From NCBI GenBank assembly GCA_000004695.1, contig CM000153.2, positions 3,200,001 to 3,264,000 on the forward strand: a stretch of 64,000 nt of DNA, given 5' to 3'. Source of the DNA: Dictyostelium discoideum. Taxonomy: Eukaryota. The position numbers and the translations under genes are program-made. Position 1 is the stretch's first letter; the number at the start of each line of letters is the position of its first letter. Below are positions 13,388 to 26,584 of this stretch, piece by piece. The notes under the pieces are model-generated. The model searched no databases. It had not been told where the DNA came from and saw nothing but the letters and a program-made list of their open reading frames with translations.

Positions 13388-13930
13388 TTATATATATCCA
13401 CTACCACCTTCACTCCTTCTTTTTCTACCAATTTTGAAATTATTACTATAATGATTAAATATGAAAACTGAAGCACCACAAAGACCCATAAAAGAGACAC
13501 AATAGAAAACAAACTTTAAAATACCAATGAAAGTTGCTCTGAGTTCCATTTTTCTAAGTTCAGTTCCATTGATAGTTCGAATACCAATTGTTGTTGCACG
13601 TGGTACATAAACACTTGATGTGAAAAATAGACCCCTTTTAATATTGATATTATTTAATGATAATACTTCTTTAAATTTTGCTACATCTTCTAATGGTACT
13701 GGTGAATTGTCATAGCATTTGCATTCTACATAGGTCTTAAAGAAAATACCATAAACTATATCAATCTCTGATCTATTATTATATTTATCCTTTAATATAA
13801 CATTTCTTTGAACATTGAAACATAATTTTCTTTCAAGCATTCTTGCAACTCTATCTTCAAAATTCATTCCTTTTTTTTTATTTTCTTTCCCTAAAGATTT
13901 TAATCTACCAATTTTACTAAATAATTTCAT
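13388..13930 (-). CDS. Mrr-like restriction-endonuclease-fold (PD-(D/E)xK) protein with C-terminal transmembrane anchor
   Basis: Motif order characteristic of Mrr_cat: NRSEIDIV (D..D), YVECKCY (ExK), VPLEDVAKFKEVL, KRGLFFTSS. C-terminal hydrophobic helix ATFIGILKFVFYCVSFMGLCGASVFIF, then a basic tail. Single exon. Confidence 0.5.
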   Translation of the reverse strand: MKLFSKIGRLKSLGKENKKKGMNFEDRVARMLERKLCFNVQRNVILKDKYNNRSEIDIVYGIFFKTYVECKCYDNSPVPLEDVAKFKEVLSLNNINIKRGLFFTSSVYVPRATTIGIRTINGTELRKMELRATFIGILKFVFYCVSFMGLCGASVFIFNHYSNNFKIGRKRRSEGGSGYI

Positions 13931-14017
13931 TTCTGTATATATTTAATAATTTAATTTTATATAAAAAAGATTTTTTTTTTTTATATTTAATTATGTGTGG
14001 TTGTGTTGTTTATTGAT

Positions 14018-14060
<43 letters not shown>

Positions 14061-14212
14061 CATATGACGTTTTAATTTATCATAAAAAGTTTTTTTTTTT
14101 TAAAATTTTTAAAAATAAAAAAAAAATAAAATTAATAAAATTCCCAAAAAATCCATTTTTTTTTTTTTTTTTTTTTTTAATTATTAGACGAAATTAAAAG
14201 AAAAAAAAGAAA

Positions 14213-16378
14213 ATGATAAAGAAAAAAGTTATAATAAATTATAATAAATATATTCAAAAAATATTTAATAATAATTATCAGATATATAGAATAAATTCAT
14301 TATATTCAAATAATAATAGGATTAACCATAACTATGGTAATATCATTAATGAAAATAATAATATAATAATAAATTATAATAACTTTAATTCATTTATTTA
14401 TAATAAAATTAATTATTGTTCAACGACAACATCTAAAATTATTGAAAAACAACAAGAAATTAATAAAAACAATAAAATTGCGTTAAAGAAATTTTTTTTA
14501 AAAGTTCACCCAGATTTATTTTTTCAATTTCCAAATATAAAGAAAACTAATGATAAATCACTCTCATTGTTACATTCATTTTTAGAAGAGATTAAAACGG
14601 AAAGATTATCAAGAAAACAATATGATTTACAATTTTATTATTTAGATAATAATATTTATGATAATGAGAATGATATACCATTCTTCAATATTAAATTCTC
14701 TGTTAATATATCATCATCATCATCATCGAATTCATTCGATAAAATTGCATATCATTTACAAGATGCACAAGAACAAATTCAACAATTTTTTAAATTATTA
14801 TCAATTAAAGAAGAATTCATACTTCATAGTATGATTGGTAATAAATCATCATTATCATCAAATAATAATGATATAAATTTAAATAATGATAGTTTATTAT
14901 ATTTTGTAAAGAATTTATCAAATTTTGCAAGAGAAACATCAAAAAATTTCATTGACCAAGAAAGAGAAATCGATTTAATGTATACCTATTTCTATATGGA
15001 ACATAAAATTAGAGTATTATTTCAAGATCATAATTTAGCATTGGATGAAAGAAAAAAACTTTTAAAAAAGTTAGAAAAACTGTTAAATAAATTATCACCA
15101 AAAAGTTTTCAAAATATTGGAATTGTGAATCAAATTTTTGAAAGAGATGAATCAATTGAAAATAAAAATAAAAATAATAATTATAATAATGGTGGTAGAG
15201 GGAGAAAAAGGAATGATAGATTGGAATCATTTGATTTAGATGATGATGAAATTGATAGACAAGGTGATAGATATCAAGGATTCGGTCAGAGATTAAGAAA
15301 CTCTGATCAAGAGACTAAACAAGAGATTATGGAACAATTTTCAATGTTTAGTGGATCAAATAAGAATCAATTCTCTGGTTGGCAACATATAAAGTCTGGT
15401 TATATTACACCAGAATCAAATCCAAAACAAGATGATTCAAAACTATCAGATCGTTTAGAAGGCGTTTCAGTGGTTTTCTCATCAAAGCTACCAAATGGCA
15501 TTGACTCTGAAGGTAGATTAATTTTAAATACAACTAAAAAGAAACAATCAACACTCTCTGAATGGACTAAAACTATTGAAACTTTTAAACCATCGACAAT
15601 AATTGAAAATATTAAAAATTGTAAAAATAGACAATCAATTGAAAAACAATTAGCAAAATACTTTAAAGTTGGTTTCATATTCACAGATTATGATAAACAA
15701 AATCAAAAACAATATCTACAATTATTAGATAGACTTATTTCAATTGGTAATTTTAAACATCAAAAATCAATCGAGAAATCTTATCAACAAGATTTAAAAG
15801 ATCAAGAAATTTTATTAAAACAACAATTACAAAATAATCATGGTATTCAAAGTTTTACAAAAGATCAATTCATAAATAATAAAGATGGTGAAAAAGAAGG
15901 AGGGGGAGAAGAGGATGAAGATTTTAATATTAAAGGTTTAGAAGAAATTAGTTTAAAAATTTTAATGAATGATCAAAAAACAACAAAACCAAATAATACC
16001 AATCAAAAAGAATTATATTGGAAATTCGATCCAACATTGGGTGTAATTAATGTACCGTTAAATGCAAATTATCAAGATATTATTAAATTTTTAAAATTAA
16101 ATCATGAATCAATTAAAATTGAATTTGAAAGACATAAAATTAATATGAGAAATATTGCTCAACTTGAATTAACTTTTAAACGTCAATTTAGATTATTAAC
16201 ATTAAAAAAAGTTGATCAAACAATCACTTTAAATGAAATGGTATCATGTTTAAGAAGATTATTATTTAACCATCAACCTTACTTACCCTATTTTTATGGT
16301 ATGAAAGTAATAATTGGTAGAGAAAATAAAATTAATCCTGATGGTTCAATAGTTATAAAATGGGATTTCGAATTATAA
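14213..16378 (+). CDS. TCAIM-like protein (DUF4460/DUF4461, mitochondrial T-cell activation inhibitor family)
   Basis: N-terminal block ALKKFFLKVHPDLFFQFPNIKKTNDKSLSLLHSFLEEIK matches the remembered DUF4460 signature (ALRPFYFAVHPDFFGQHP...NENSLKRLSVYLENL). Single 721-aa exon, N-rich as is typical. Confidence 0.55.
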   Translation: MIKKKVIINYNKYIQKIFNNNYQIYRINSLYSNNNRINHNYGNIINENNNIIINYNNFNSFIYNKINYCSTTTSKIIEKQQEINKNNKIALKKFFLKVHPDLFFQFPNIKKTNDKSLSLLHSFLEEIKTERLSRKQYDLQFYYLDNNIYDNENDIPFFNIKFSVNISSSSSSNSFDKIAYHLQDAQEQIQQFFKLLSIKEEFILHSMIGNKSSLSSNNNDINLNNDSLLYFVKNLSNFARETSKNFIDQEREIDLMYTYFYMEHKIRVLFQDHNLALDERKKLLKKLEKLLNKLSPKSFQNIGIVNQIFERDESIENKNKNNNYNNGGRGRKRNDRLESFDLDDDEIDRQGDRYQGFGQRLRNSDQETKQEIMEQFSMFSGSNKNQFSGWQHIKSGYITPESNPKQDDSKLSDRLEGVSVVFSSKLPNGIDSEGRLILNTTKKKQSTLSEWTKTIETFKPSTIIENIKNCKNRQSIEKQLAKYFKVGFIFTDYDKQNQKQYLQLLDRLISIGNFKHQKSIEKSYQQDLKDQEILLKQQLQNNHGIQSFTKDQFINNKDGEKEGGGEEDEDFNIKGLEEISLKILMNDQKTTKPNNTNQKELYWKFDPTLGVINVPLNANYQDIIKFLKLNHESIKIEFERHKINMRNIAQLELTFKRQFRLLTLKKVDQTITLNEMVSCLRRLLFNHQPYLPYFYGMKVIIGRENKINPDGSIVIKWDFEL

Positions 16379-16789
16379 AATATATATTTGTAATAATAAT
16401 AAAAAAAAAATTTCTAAAAATAAATTACAAAAAATAATTTTTTTTTTTTTTTTTTTTTTTTTTTTGGTAAGAAGGAAAAAAAAGTGATTCAAAATATCTG
16501 AATCCTTTTATTATGATTTATTAATAGTTCTATTTTTTTTTTTTTGTTTTTTTTTTTTTTATATTTTTTTTTTGTTTTTTTTTTTTTTCTGATTTTTATA
16601 ATTGTTTAAATTTGGTAAATATTTTGGTATGTTTAGTGAATGAATTTTTAATTAAAAGTTTTTAGCGCTTTAAGGGGAAGGGGAGGGATAAATAGAATTA
16701 ATTATTTCATCATCAACATAATTATGAAATAAATAAAAAACTATTTGAATATGATTTTTTGGATTTTTTTTTTTTTTTTAGTGATTTTT

Positions 16790-17723
16790 TTAGTTTAAAG
16801 GTGGATACTTTGAAACTTTAATTTTTGGAACCAAATTACTTCTAAATAAAACAAATGGCTCAACTGAAAGGAAAACTGATAATTGTTTAGAGATTTCAAT
16901 TTCTTCATCATCGTCGATTGGAGAAGAGTGATGTTGAGAGAGTGAAAGGAAATCACTTCTATCGCTTGACACTTCGAGATTATACTCTGAGAGATAGATA
17001 ACCAAATGTTTGGTAGACATTGTAACCACGATACCAGGTGTTAAGATTGGACCTTTCTCCCAAATGTAGGTTGCAAGATAGAGGAGATTTAACTTTTCAG
17101 ATATTTTTCTCTTCCAAGAGATATCGTTATATCTTTGACACAATTGAGTCAAATCATCACCAGTGGGTAATGATTTTTTAAAATCAGTAAATTCTTGACT
17201 TGATTCATCCCAATAGGGTTGAATGGTGATATCAGAACTCCAAACCACCTCTTTAGTCAATTGAAGTGAGAGAGCACGATGAATATTGACATCCATATAT
17301 CTTCTAATTGGTGCAGTGAAATGAGTGTATTGAGATCTCTCATCCAATAGATTTTCATTACCAAAGCCTTGTCTCTTTTCAACGGTTGTAATATATTTTG
17401 TTGGATCCATAAGATGCATTGCTAACCTTCTCATTGCTTTGGCTTGTTCAGGTGTACAATTTTTGAGAGCTTTTTCAACTTTGGTTTTAATGGTTCTCCA
17501 ATCATCTTCTGAAGAGACAACAATATTATTTACAAATTTCTTTATAAATACATTTAATCTCTCAAAGAATTTCTTTCTATTATCGAAATTATTATTAATA
17601 ATTGATGATGATGTTGTTGAGGTTGATATTGGAGTTGGTGTTGGAGTTGAAGATGGTGTTGGTATTGGAGTTGGTGTTGTTGATTTTGGTGTTGTTGGTG
17701 ATGGTAATGGTGATGATGTAGAG

Positions 17724-17776
<53 letters not shown>

Positions 17777-20091
17777 ACAATTATTTAAAATTGTTGAAGT
17801 AACAATAGTTTGTGGTATTGGTGTTTGAATTAAATTTGGATTTGTTTTACTATAGGATGAATAAACTATACCATAATCATAATTTGTATTTAATAAAGAG
17901 ACAGCTGCTAAATTATTTGCAAGATGCATAAACTCTTGAACCAATACATGACTCTCAAGTTTTGGTAAGAAATCAACAGAGATTGGAACACCTTCAACAC
18001 TAAGATCATATTGAATATTATTACTAATGTCAAAGATTTCTCTTCTTTCTTTTCTATAGTTATTTAAAAGACTACTAATTAGATAAAGTCCCCAAACTGA
18101 ATGATTTACCTTTGCTTCCAAGCCTAATCTTAGACCTTTAGTACCTGAACCACCACTACCAGAGCCATGACTATGTGGATTCATTTGATTTAATGGTGGT
18201 GGAGAATCATGGTCAGGATTATTTTCAATTTTCTCACGTTGTTCCTTTGCTAAACTTTCCAAAACATTTTTAAGAATTTCATTGGAACCATCGATAGTTT
18301 CTACCATTTTATTATTTGTGAAAGATTCTAATTGCTCGAAATTGGATTTATTCTTTTCAATGATTCTTTGCGCCTTTTCATAGGATAAATGACCTTTTGA
18401 ACGTAAATTTGATTTACAGAATTTATAATCAATGATTTTACCATCGGATCTAATCTTTACCAACAATGAGAAACAGAACCTCTTTTGATACAATTTCAAA
18501 CTACAAGTACTACTACTTAAATTCTTGGGTAACATTGGTATGATTGAACCAATCAAGTAGATGGTATTCAAACGGTACTCTGCTTCTTTATCCAATTTCG
18601 AACCTTTTTCAAGGAAAGCACTAACATCTGAAATGTGAATACCAATTTCGAATACGCTCATTCCTTCATCAAATTCATCGGTCAAACAACGGAAACTAAT
18701 TGCATCATCAAGATCGGTAGATGATGGTGGATCAATGGTGACTGGAACCAAATGGGTGAGATCAACTCTTCTCTCTTCTTCCCTATCGCTTGGTAACCAA
18801 TCATCGAAAACTTCATCGATTTCTTTTTGAAAGTGTTCAGTGTGAAATACTTGATGATTCAAAAGGATACAACGAGAAATTGATAACAAATCCAATGGCG
18901 TACCAAAAAAGAATTGAATGGTACCAATGGCATAAGTATTGTCTGGTGCAAACTCGGTCAATAATAAAATCGATAAACGACCACATCTCTCGGCCAAATG
19001 ACTATTACTAAGATTACTAATTAAATGAACGGTTGGTGTTGATTTCTCGTAGCAATTATAATAGAAAACACGATAATTATTATTTTCATCATCTTCATCA
19101 TCATAGAGATCATTGAAATGGTGATCATTATGATTAGCATGATGGTGGTTATGATTATGATGATGATGGTGATGATGACTATTATGACTACTATGACTAT
19201 TATGATTATTTCCATTCGAATGGAAATAATCATCTTTTTCTTTTGGTGCCGTCTTTGTGGAACCAACTGTTTTCTTTTTATCTTCACATTCTCTTAAAAA
19301 TCCTGTTAAAACTGTCGATTTAATCTCTTTATGTTGTAAATGTTGACTATGTGAAAATTTTGAAGGAATCTTATCAAATACAAATGTTGGTACTCTAGGA
19401 AGTGTACTAATTTGATTAGCTGGAAATATAATAACTTGATTCTCTTCTTTTAATTTCATTAATTCTCCAATTAATTGATGTTTTTTCGATTGAATTTTAT
19501 GATGTTGTGCTTGAGCTTGAGCTTGTTGTTGTGCTTGTTGTTGTTGTTGAGTTTGTTGTTGTTGTTGTTGTGATTGTTGTGGTTGTTGTTGTTGCTGTTG
19601 TTGTGGTTGTTGTTGTTGTTGTTGTTGTTGTGGTTGTTGTTGTTGTTGTTGTGATTGTTGTTGCTGTTGTTGAATTTGAGTGAATTGATGTATTGATTGA
19701 TGATGATGATGTTGTTGTTGTTGTTGTTGTTGTTGCTGCTGTTGTTGTTGAATTTGTTGAATTGTTTGAAATTGTGATTGTTGGAATTGATGGACAACCT
19801 TTGGACTACTTGTACCCCAATCAATTGGACTTATACCACCATCAATTAAATAATGATTATTTGATTGTGGATAAATTAAAGGTGAAGAATGACGTGGTGA
19901 AGCTGAATTTTGTGGATAATATTCAACATGATGACCAACAATACCACCACTTCCACTTAAATCAACATGTTGTTGATGTGATTGAAAGTAACCTTGAGAA
20001 TCTGATGAAAATAAATAATTTGGTTGAAATGATTGATAACCACTTAAGTGATCGCCATAAAGTGGACTACCTGTATTAATACTGTTATTTA

Positions 20092-20166
<75 letters not shown>

Positions 20167-20580
20167 TACTGTTATTATTGCTACCATTATTGCTACTATT
20201 ATTATTATTATTACCATTGTTATTATTATTGTTAATTGTTGAAAATGGTGATGATACCAATGATGATAATGGTGTATTATTACTAATACCATTACTACCA
20301 CTCATACTACTTGGTATAAACAATGATGAAGATGATGATAATTGTGAAGAAGAAGAAGATGATGGTGTTGAATTTGAATTGGAATTGGATGATGATACAT
20401 TAATACTATTACTTATACAATCACTCATTGATTGTAATGGGAATGGATCAGGATTCGTACATCTTATAACAGTTTTATATTCTCCATTAAAGTAAATCTT
20501 TATACAAGCTTGTCCACCATTCTATGATTTCAATAAATAAAAATTAAAAAAAAAAAAAGAATTAATTAATTTTGTTGAAC

Positions 20581-20629
<49 letters not shown>

Positions 20630-21046
20630 GATATATTCATTTTACATACATCAATTTTTCTAACACCTTTTAATTGAGAATAGAAACAAGATTTTGCATC
20701 TTTTGTAGTTTGAAATAAGATATAGAGTTGATTTGATTTACCTGTTGGTTTTAAAGTGAAATGATAAGGGCCAAATAAATTTTTAATATAAGTATCATTC
20801 ATACCTGGCATAATGTTATGAAGTAATAGTGTTCTAGAGGTCCATTCAATAACATCATCAATGAATACACTTTGCATCATCTCTTCGATCTCTCTATCTT
20901 TTTCACTCTTTGATGCTAATGCTATAAGATTTTCACTATCATTATCGATAATATTATTCCTATAATTCATTAAATTTTGTTGTTGTCTTTGATGAATTTG
21001 TTGTTGTAATTGTAATGATTGTAATTGATGAATTTGTTGAGCTTGC

Positions 21047-21128
<82 letters not shown>

Positions 21129-21292
21129 GCTGTTGTTGTTGTTGTTGTTGTTGTTGTTGCTGTATTTGTTGTTGAATTTGTTGTTGTTGTTGCTGTTGTT
21201 GTTGTTGTTGTTGTTGTTGTTGCTGTTGTTGCTGCTGTTGCTGCTGTTGTTGAATTTGTTGAGTTTGCTGTTGTTGAGTTTGCTGCTGTTGC

Positions 21293-21323
<31 letters not shown>

Positions 21324-21765
21324 GAGTTTGCTGTTGTTGTTGTTGTTGTGGTGGTTGAATGAATTGAGATTTGTTTAATTTTTTGTTTTTATTGGTATTA
21401 GTGTTACCATTTAAGTTGCTGTTAATATTGATACCATTGGCGTTATGAGTTGGTTTCTTTTTTTTGTAATCATTATGATTGTTTGTTAAATTTGAGTTTG
21501 AGATTTGCAGCGGTTGTTGTTGTTGTTGTTGTTTTTTTGGTATAGGTGGTTGATAAGGTGATACTTGTTGTGGTTTTATTGGTGAATGAGGTGAATAGGA
21601 TTGTTGTGGTTGAGGTGGTTGAGGTGGTGGCGTTGTTGATGATGGTGAGATTGTGTGATGTTTGGGTGAACTGTATTCATAATTTGTATTTTTTAATCTT
21701 CCACTAGACACTTGACCTCCGGTACTAGTTCCTGTTGTTGTCGATGATGTATTTGAATTATCCAC
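16790..21765 (-). CDS. DIS3L2/Ssd1-like RNB-domain 3'-5' exoribonuclease with giant polyQ/polyN tracts, 2 exons: 21765-20650 and 20521-16790
   Basis: RNB motifs (VTIDPPSSTDLDDAISF, GIHISDVSAF, HFTAPIRRYMDVNIHRAL). ORFs 20566-21765 and 16790-20428 join through a GTATGT donor (20649) and CATAG acceptor (20522) in phase 0. Exon 1 encodes about 110 consecutive Q ((CAA)n at 21015-21362) plus an RRM-like segment (IKNLFGPYHFTLKP...LYILFQTTKDAKSC). Confidence 0.8.
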
Positions 21766-22621
21766 TTTAGTGCAATTATATATTTATAATGGTTATATTT
21801 TATAATTTTAATTTAATAAAACTACAAAAAAAAACCATATAATAAATTATTATTGATATTGAAGCATGAACAATTAACTAATTAAAAAAAAAAAACAGCA
21901 AAAATGAAAACAAAACCCTATAAAAAAAAAAAAATAAAAAAAGTTTAATTTTTTAAATTTTTAAAAAAAAAAAAAGTAATAATAAAAAAAATAATAGAAA
22001 ATATTATATATATACACAAACAATTCTTTTATTGAATATGTAAAAATTTGTTTTTAAAAAAACAATAAATGGGTGAATATGTGAATATATATAAATATAT
22101 GTATAAATTTTTTTTATTTTTTTTTTTTTTGTTTATTATAATTATTATTAACACACGATATTATTTTATTATTTTTATTTTTTATTTATTTTTATTATTA
22201 TTATTATTATTATTATTTTTTTTTTTTTTTTTTTTTTTCTTTTATTTAAAAAAAGAATTTGGATTGGTCCAACTATTAAAAAAAAAAAACGAACTTTATT
22301 TCTTTCTTTTTTTTTTTTTTTAATTAAAAGAGGATTATGACAACTGTTGAAAAAAAATCGTTTTTTTCTTTTTTTTTTATTATTTTTTTTTTTTTTTAAT
22401 TTTAAAAAAAAATTTTTTTTAATTATTTTTTTATTTTTTTTAATTATTTTTTTATTTTTATTTTTATTTTTATTTTTATTTTTATTTTTATTTTTATTTT
22501 TATTTTTTTATTTTTATTTTTGTTTAAAGTTAAATATAAATTTATATATTTTAAGAAATAAAAGTATTGTTTATTTTTGATCACTTATTATTTGAAAAAA
22601 ACAAAAAAAAAAAAAAAAAAA

Positions 22622-22687
<66 letters not shown>

Positions 22688-23268
22688 AAAAATAAAAAAT
22701 TGTTTTTTCCCTGTTTTGTAATTATCTAACTGGTATAATGTATGAAAAGTTAATTTGAAATTTTTTTTTTGAAAAAAAATTCAACTGTTTTTTGATTTTT
22801 TAAATTTCGCTTAGACATATGAAATTAAATAAAAATAATATCTATTTGACATCACAATTGTTGTATTGGAAAAAAAAAATAAAAATAAAAATATAAAAAA
22901 AATAAAAGAAAAAAAAATAATTAATAAATAAAAATAAAAAACAAAAAATGTTTAAATATGTCGGGAGGTTTTATAGATTTATAAAAACATTGGTTATATT
23001 ATGAAACTCCAATTGCATTTCTTTATTTTTTTTTTTAAAAAAAGGAGATAGTTTTTTTTTTTTTTTTTTTTCCTACTTATAGACTTTAATTTTTCATTAA
23101 AAAATTAATCATAAAGATTTTAATTTTTATTTTTATTTTTTTTATTTTTATTTTTATTTTTTTTAATTTTTAATTTTTAATTTTTATTTTTTATTTTCAT
23201 TTTAATTTTTATTAATTTTTTTTTTTTTTTTTTAAAATAGAAAGAATTAGCACAAAAAAAAATAAAAA

Positions 23269-24237
23269 ATGTGTGAAAAAGAAATTAATAATAATAATAA
23301 TAATAATGAATTAACTGAAAAATCTAAAGAGGAAATTGAAAAAGATGAAATTGAATACTTGGAATATTTAAAATATAGGAAAGAAATTATTGATAGTCAT
23401 TGTCATATTCATGAAGATGTTGAACATTTACAAGAGTCATGTGATTTACCATTTAAAAAGATATTACTCATGGGTACAACAGTTGAAGATTGGGATAAAA
23501 TTAACCAATTAGCCGATAAGATCAATGATGATAATAAAATCATTAGATGTTTTGGTATACATCCTTGGTTTGTTTATAATTATTTACCACCAACTGAATT
23601 AATTGGTAAAATAAAAGAAGGTGATGGCAGTAATGATTCAATAATAATAAGTATTGACGAAACGTGGAGAATTAAAATGAAAGAATTGTTACTAAAATAT
23701 CCAAATTCAATAGTGGGTGAAATTGGTATTGACAAGGTGACAAAAGTTAGATTAAATGGATTTAATAAGAATGACCAGGAGAGCCAAATGAGGGTGTTTA
23801 GAGACCAGATTGAGATAGCCAATGAATTGGACAGATTGGTTAGTTTACATTGTGTACAACTCCAAGGTCAACTATTAACATTCTTCCAATCACTTGATAT
23901 TGATAAATTCCCACCTGCAATTGCACTACATACTTTTGGTGGTAAACCTGCTACAGTCGATCAATTTTGTAAAATGGCATCTGGAAAAGGTGATAAATTC
24001 TATTTCGGTCTATCATTTATAAATTTAACATTTTCAAAAGTTGATAAACTCATTCAAGCAATTCCTGATGACAGATTATTACTAGAAAGTGATCAAAATT
24101 CACCAACCCAAGTTGATCAATCATTATTTAAATTAATTCAAAAAATTTCAATTTCAAAAAATTGGACAATTCAAAAAACAATTGAACAAACAACTTTAAA
24201 TACTTTAAATTTTCTTTCAAAGCAAATTAAAAAATAA
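23269..24237 (+). CDS. TatD-family Mg-dependent DNase (TATDN-like)
   Basis: IDSHCHI, GIHPW, GEIGID and LESD motifs of the TatD hydrolase fold. Single exon. Confidence 0.8.
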   Translation: MCEKEINNNNNNNELTEKSKEEIEKDEIEYLEYLKYRKEIIDSHCHIHEDVEHLQESCDLPFKKILLMGTTVEDWDKINQLADKINDDNKIIRCFGIHPWFVYNYLPPTELIGKIKEGDGSNDSIIISIDETWRIKMKELLLKYPNSIVGEIGIDKVTKVRLNGFNKNDQESQMRVFRDQIEIANELDRLVSLHCVQLQGQLLTFFQSLDIDKFPPAIALHTFGGKPATVDQFCKMASGKGDKFYFGLSFINLTFSKVDKLIQAIPDDRLLLESDQNSPTQVDQSLFKLIQKISISKNWTIQKTIEQTTLNTLNFLSKQIKK

Positions 24238-24753
24238 TTAATCAATTTAGGAAATAATAATAATAAAATTTTTTTTTTTTTTTTATTTTTGTGGGGGTTG
24301 AAATACTGTTTTAATTACTTAATCTGGATTAAACGTTTGAGAAATATGTTTAATTTTTTATTTCACCCATTTTAATAAATTGGAAGAGATCAAAATAGGC
24401 TAGAAAATAAAAAAAAAAGTTTCAGATTAAGCCTTGTTGGGCCAATTTCCAGTAACCATTTATTTTTTTTTTTTTTTTCTTTAATTTTTTTTTTTTTTTT
24501 TTCTTTAATTTTTTTTTTTATTTTTTTTTTTTCAAAAAATTAATTAAATTTTTGTTTTTTTTTTTTATTTTTTTTTTTTCTTTTTTTATTTTTTATTTTT
24601 TTTTTTTTATTTTTTTTTTTTTTTTTATACAAAAAGTTATTTTATTGTTTTATTGTTTTTATTTGCAAAGATACAATTTTATTTTTTAATTTAATTTTTT
24701 TTATTTTTTTTTTATATAAAAAAAAACATTAAAAAATAAAAATATAAAAATAA

Positions 24754-26495
24754 ATGTCCACGGAAAATAATAATAATAATAACAATGGAATTATTGGTAG
24801 TCCATTAAGTGGTAATAGTGTTTTAAGTGGTAGTGGATCAGTTTTAGATAGTGATAAAATTCAAAAGATTGTAAATAACTATCAAAAAGTAAAGAATCAA
24901 AATGCTATACTAAAGAAAGCATTATTACAAGAACAACAAAAAACAAATGACTTGGAAAAAGGATTAAAGGAAAAAGAACAAGCATTAACAACATCACTAC
25001 AAGAACATGATGTATTAGATTTTAATAATCAAAGATTAACAAAAAGAATTCAATTAATGCAAGATCATATGAATGAGGTAAGTTAAAAAAAAAAAAAAAA
25101 AGTAAAAAAATATATATATCCAAAATATAAAATAATTAATTTAATTTAATTTATTTTTAATTTAATTTAATTTTTTTTTTTTTTTTTTTTAAGAAAAAAG
25201 AAAGTGGTGGACAATGGTTTGGTGGTAAGAATCAAAAATTAGAAATTCAAAAAAAAGAAGAAGAAATTAATATATTAAGAAGTGAATTACAAGAAAAGAT
25301 TGATGATAATGAAGGATTACATAGTGTAAATATTGAAAAAGAGAATGCATATAAATCATTGGAACAAGATTTGAAATCTTCAATAACAGAGAAAGAAAGA
25401 GAGATTCAAGAGAAACAAGAGAAAATCAATGTTTTATTGATTGAACAAAAAGAGAGTGAAAAGAAACTTCATGATCAAACCAAAGGTTTACGTGATGCAA
25501 TATCATTGTTGGAGATTAATTTCAAACAGGTCTATAGTTCAACCAAACAAAGAGATGATTCATTCATAAGGTTGAGTGAATTGATTCAAACTGGTTTAAA
25601 TTCAAATTTACCATTGATTTCATTCGATTATCCATTAGAGAATATTACGCCATCCAATGAAAGATTTCCAATTGAAGATATCATTGAAACAATTGAGAAA
25701 TCAAATAGCAGCAATAATAATAATACAATTATAAACATTGATTCAAATACAATTAAAACCATATCAGATCGTAATTCATGGATACCACCAATTAAATCAA
25801 TCATTGGTAGTGTTCAACAATTCCTTTCCTATCATTTGGAACAAGTTTCACAATTGATTTCATCTCATCGTTCATCAATGTCACAATTGATTGAAACTAA
25901 TCAACAGGAATTCAAAAGATTAAATCAACAACTTAACGATCTACTTTTACAAAAGGAGGAATTGGAATTTAGACTCAATACCGTTGGTGAACAATTACTA
26001 AAAAAGGAGTTTGAAATCTCTGAACATTCAGCTAGCATTAAAACTATAAATGAAACCATTTCAAAACTTCAAGATTCAAATCAACAATTGGATTCCCAAT
26101 CATTACGTGATAAAGAATCCTATAATCAAATGAAAAAACAATTTGAATCTCAAATTAAATCCATAAAATCAGATTTTGAACTAGAAATGAAACAAGCAAA
26201 AGATCAAAATCAAGCACTCTTAAAACATCAAAAAGGTTTATTAAATTCAAAAATTAATGAAAAAGATTTAATCATTTCAAATTTAGAGAAGAAATTATCT
26301 TTAATTCAAAAATCTTTATCAAATAATTCTTCACCACAAATATCAATACAACAACAACAACAACAATCACCAATACTTTTAGATTTAAATAATAATTATA
26401 ATAATGATGATAACAATACAAATACAAACACAAATACAAATTCAATTAGTAACGATTTAATAGATTTATCATTCCTTGAAAGTAATGGTTTATCA

Positions 26496-26584
<89 letters not shown>

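Noticed and set aside
17439-21378. ORFs 17439-17828(+), 19021-19287(-), 19471-19824(-), 19693-20079(+), 20048-20301(+/-), 20178-20495(+), 21015-21378(+, two frames)
   Set aside because: All lie inside the DIS3L2-like gene on the opposite strand or in other frames. They are poly-V/poly-L/poly-I/poly-N translations of (CAA)n, (AAT)n and His-codon repeats.
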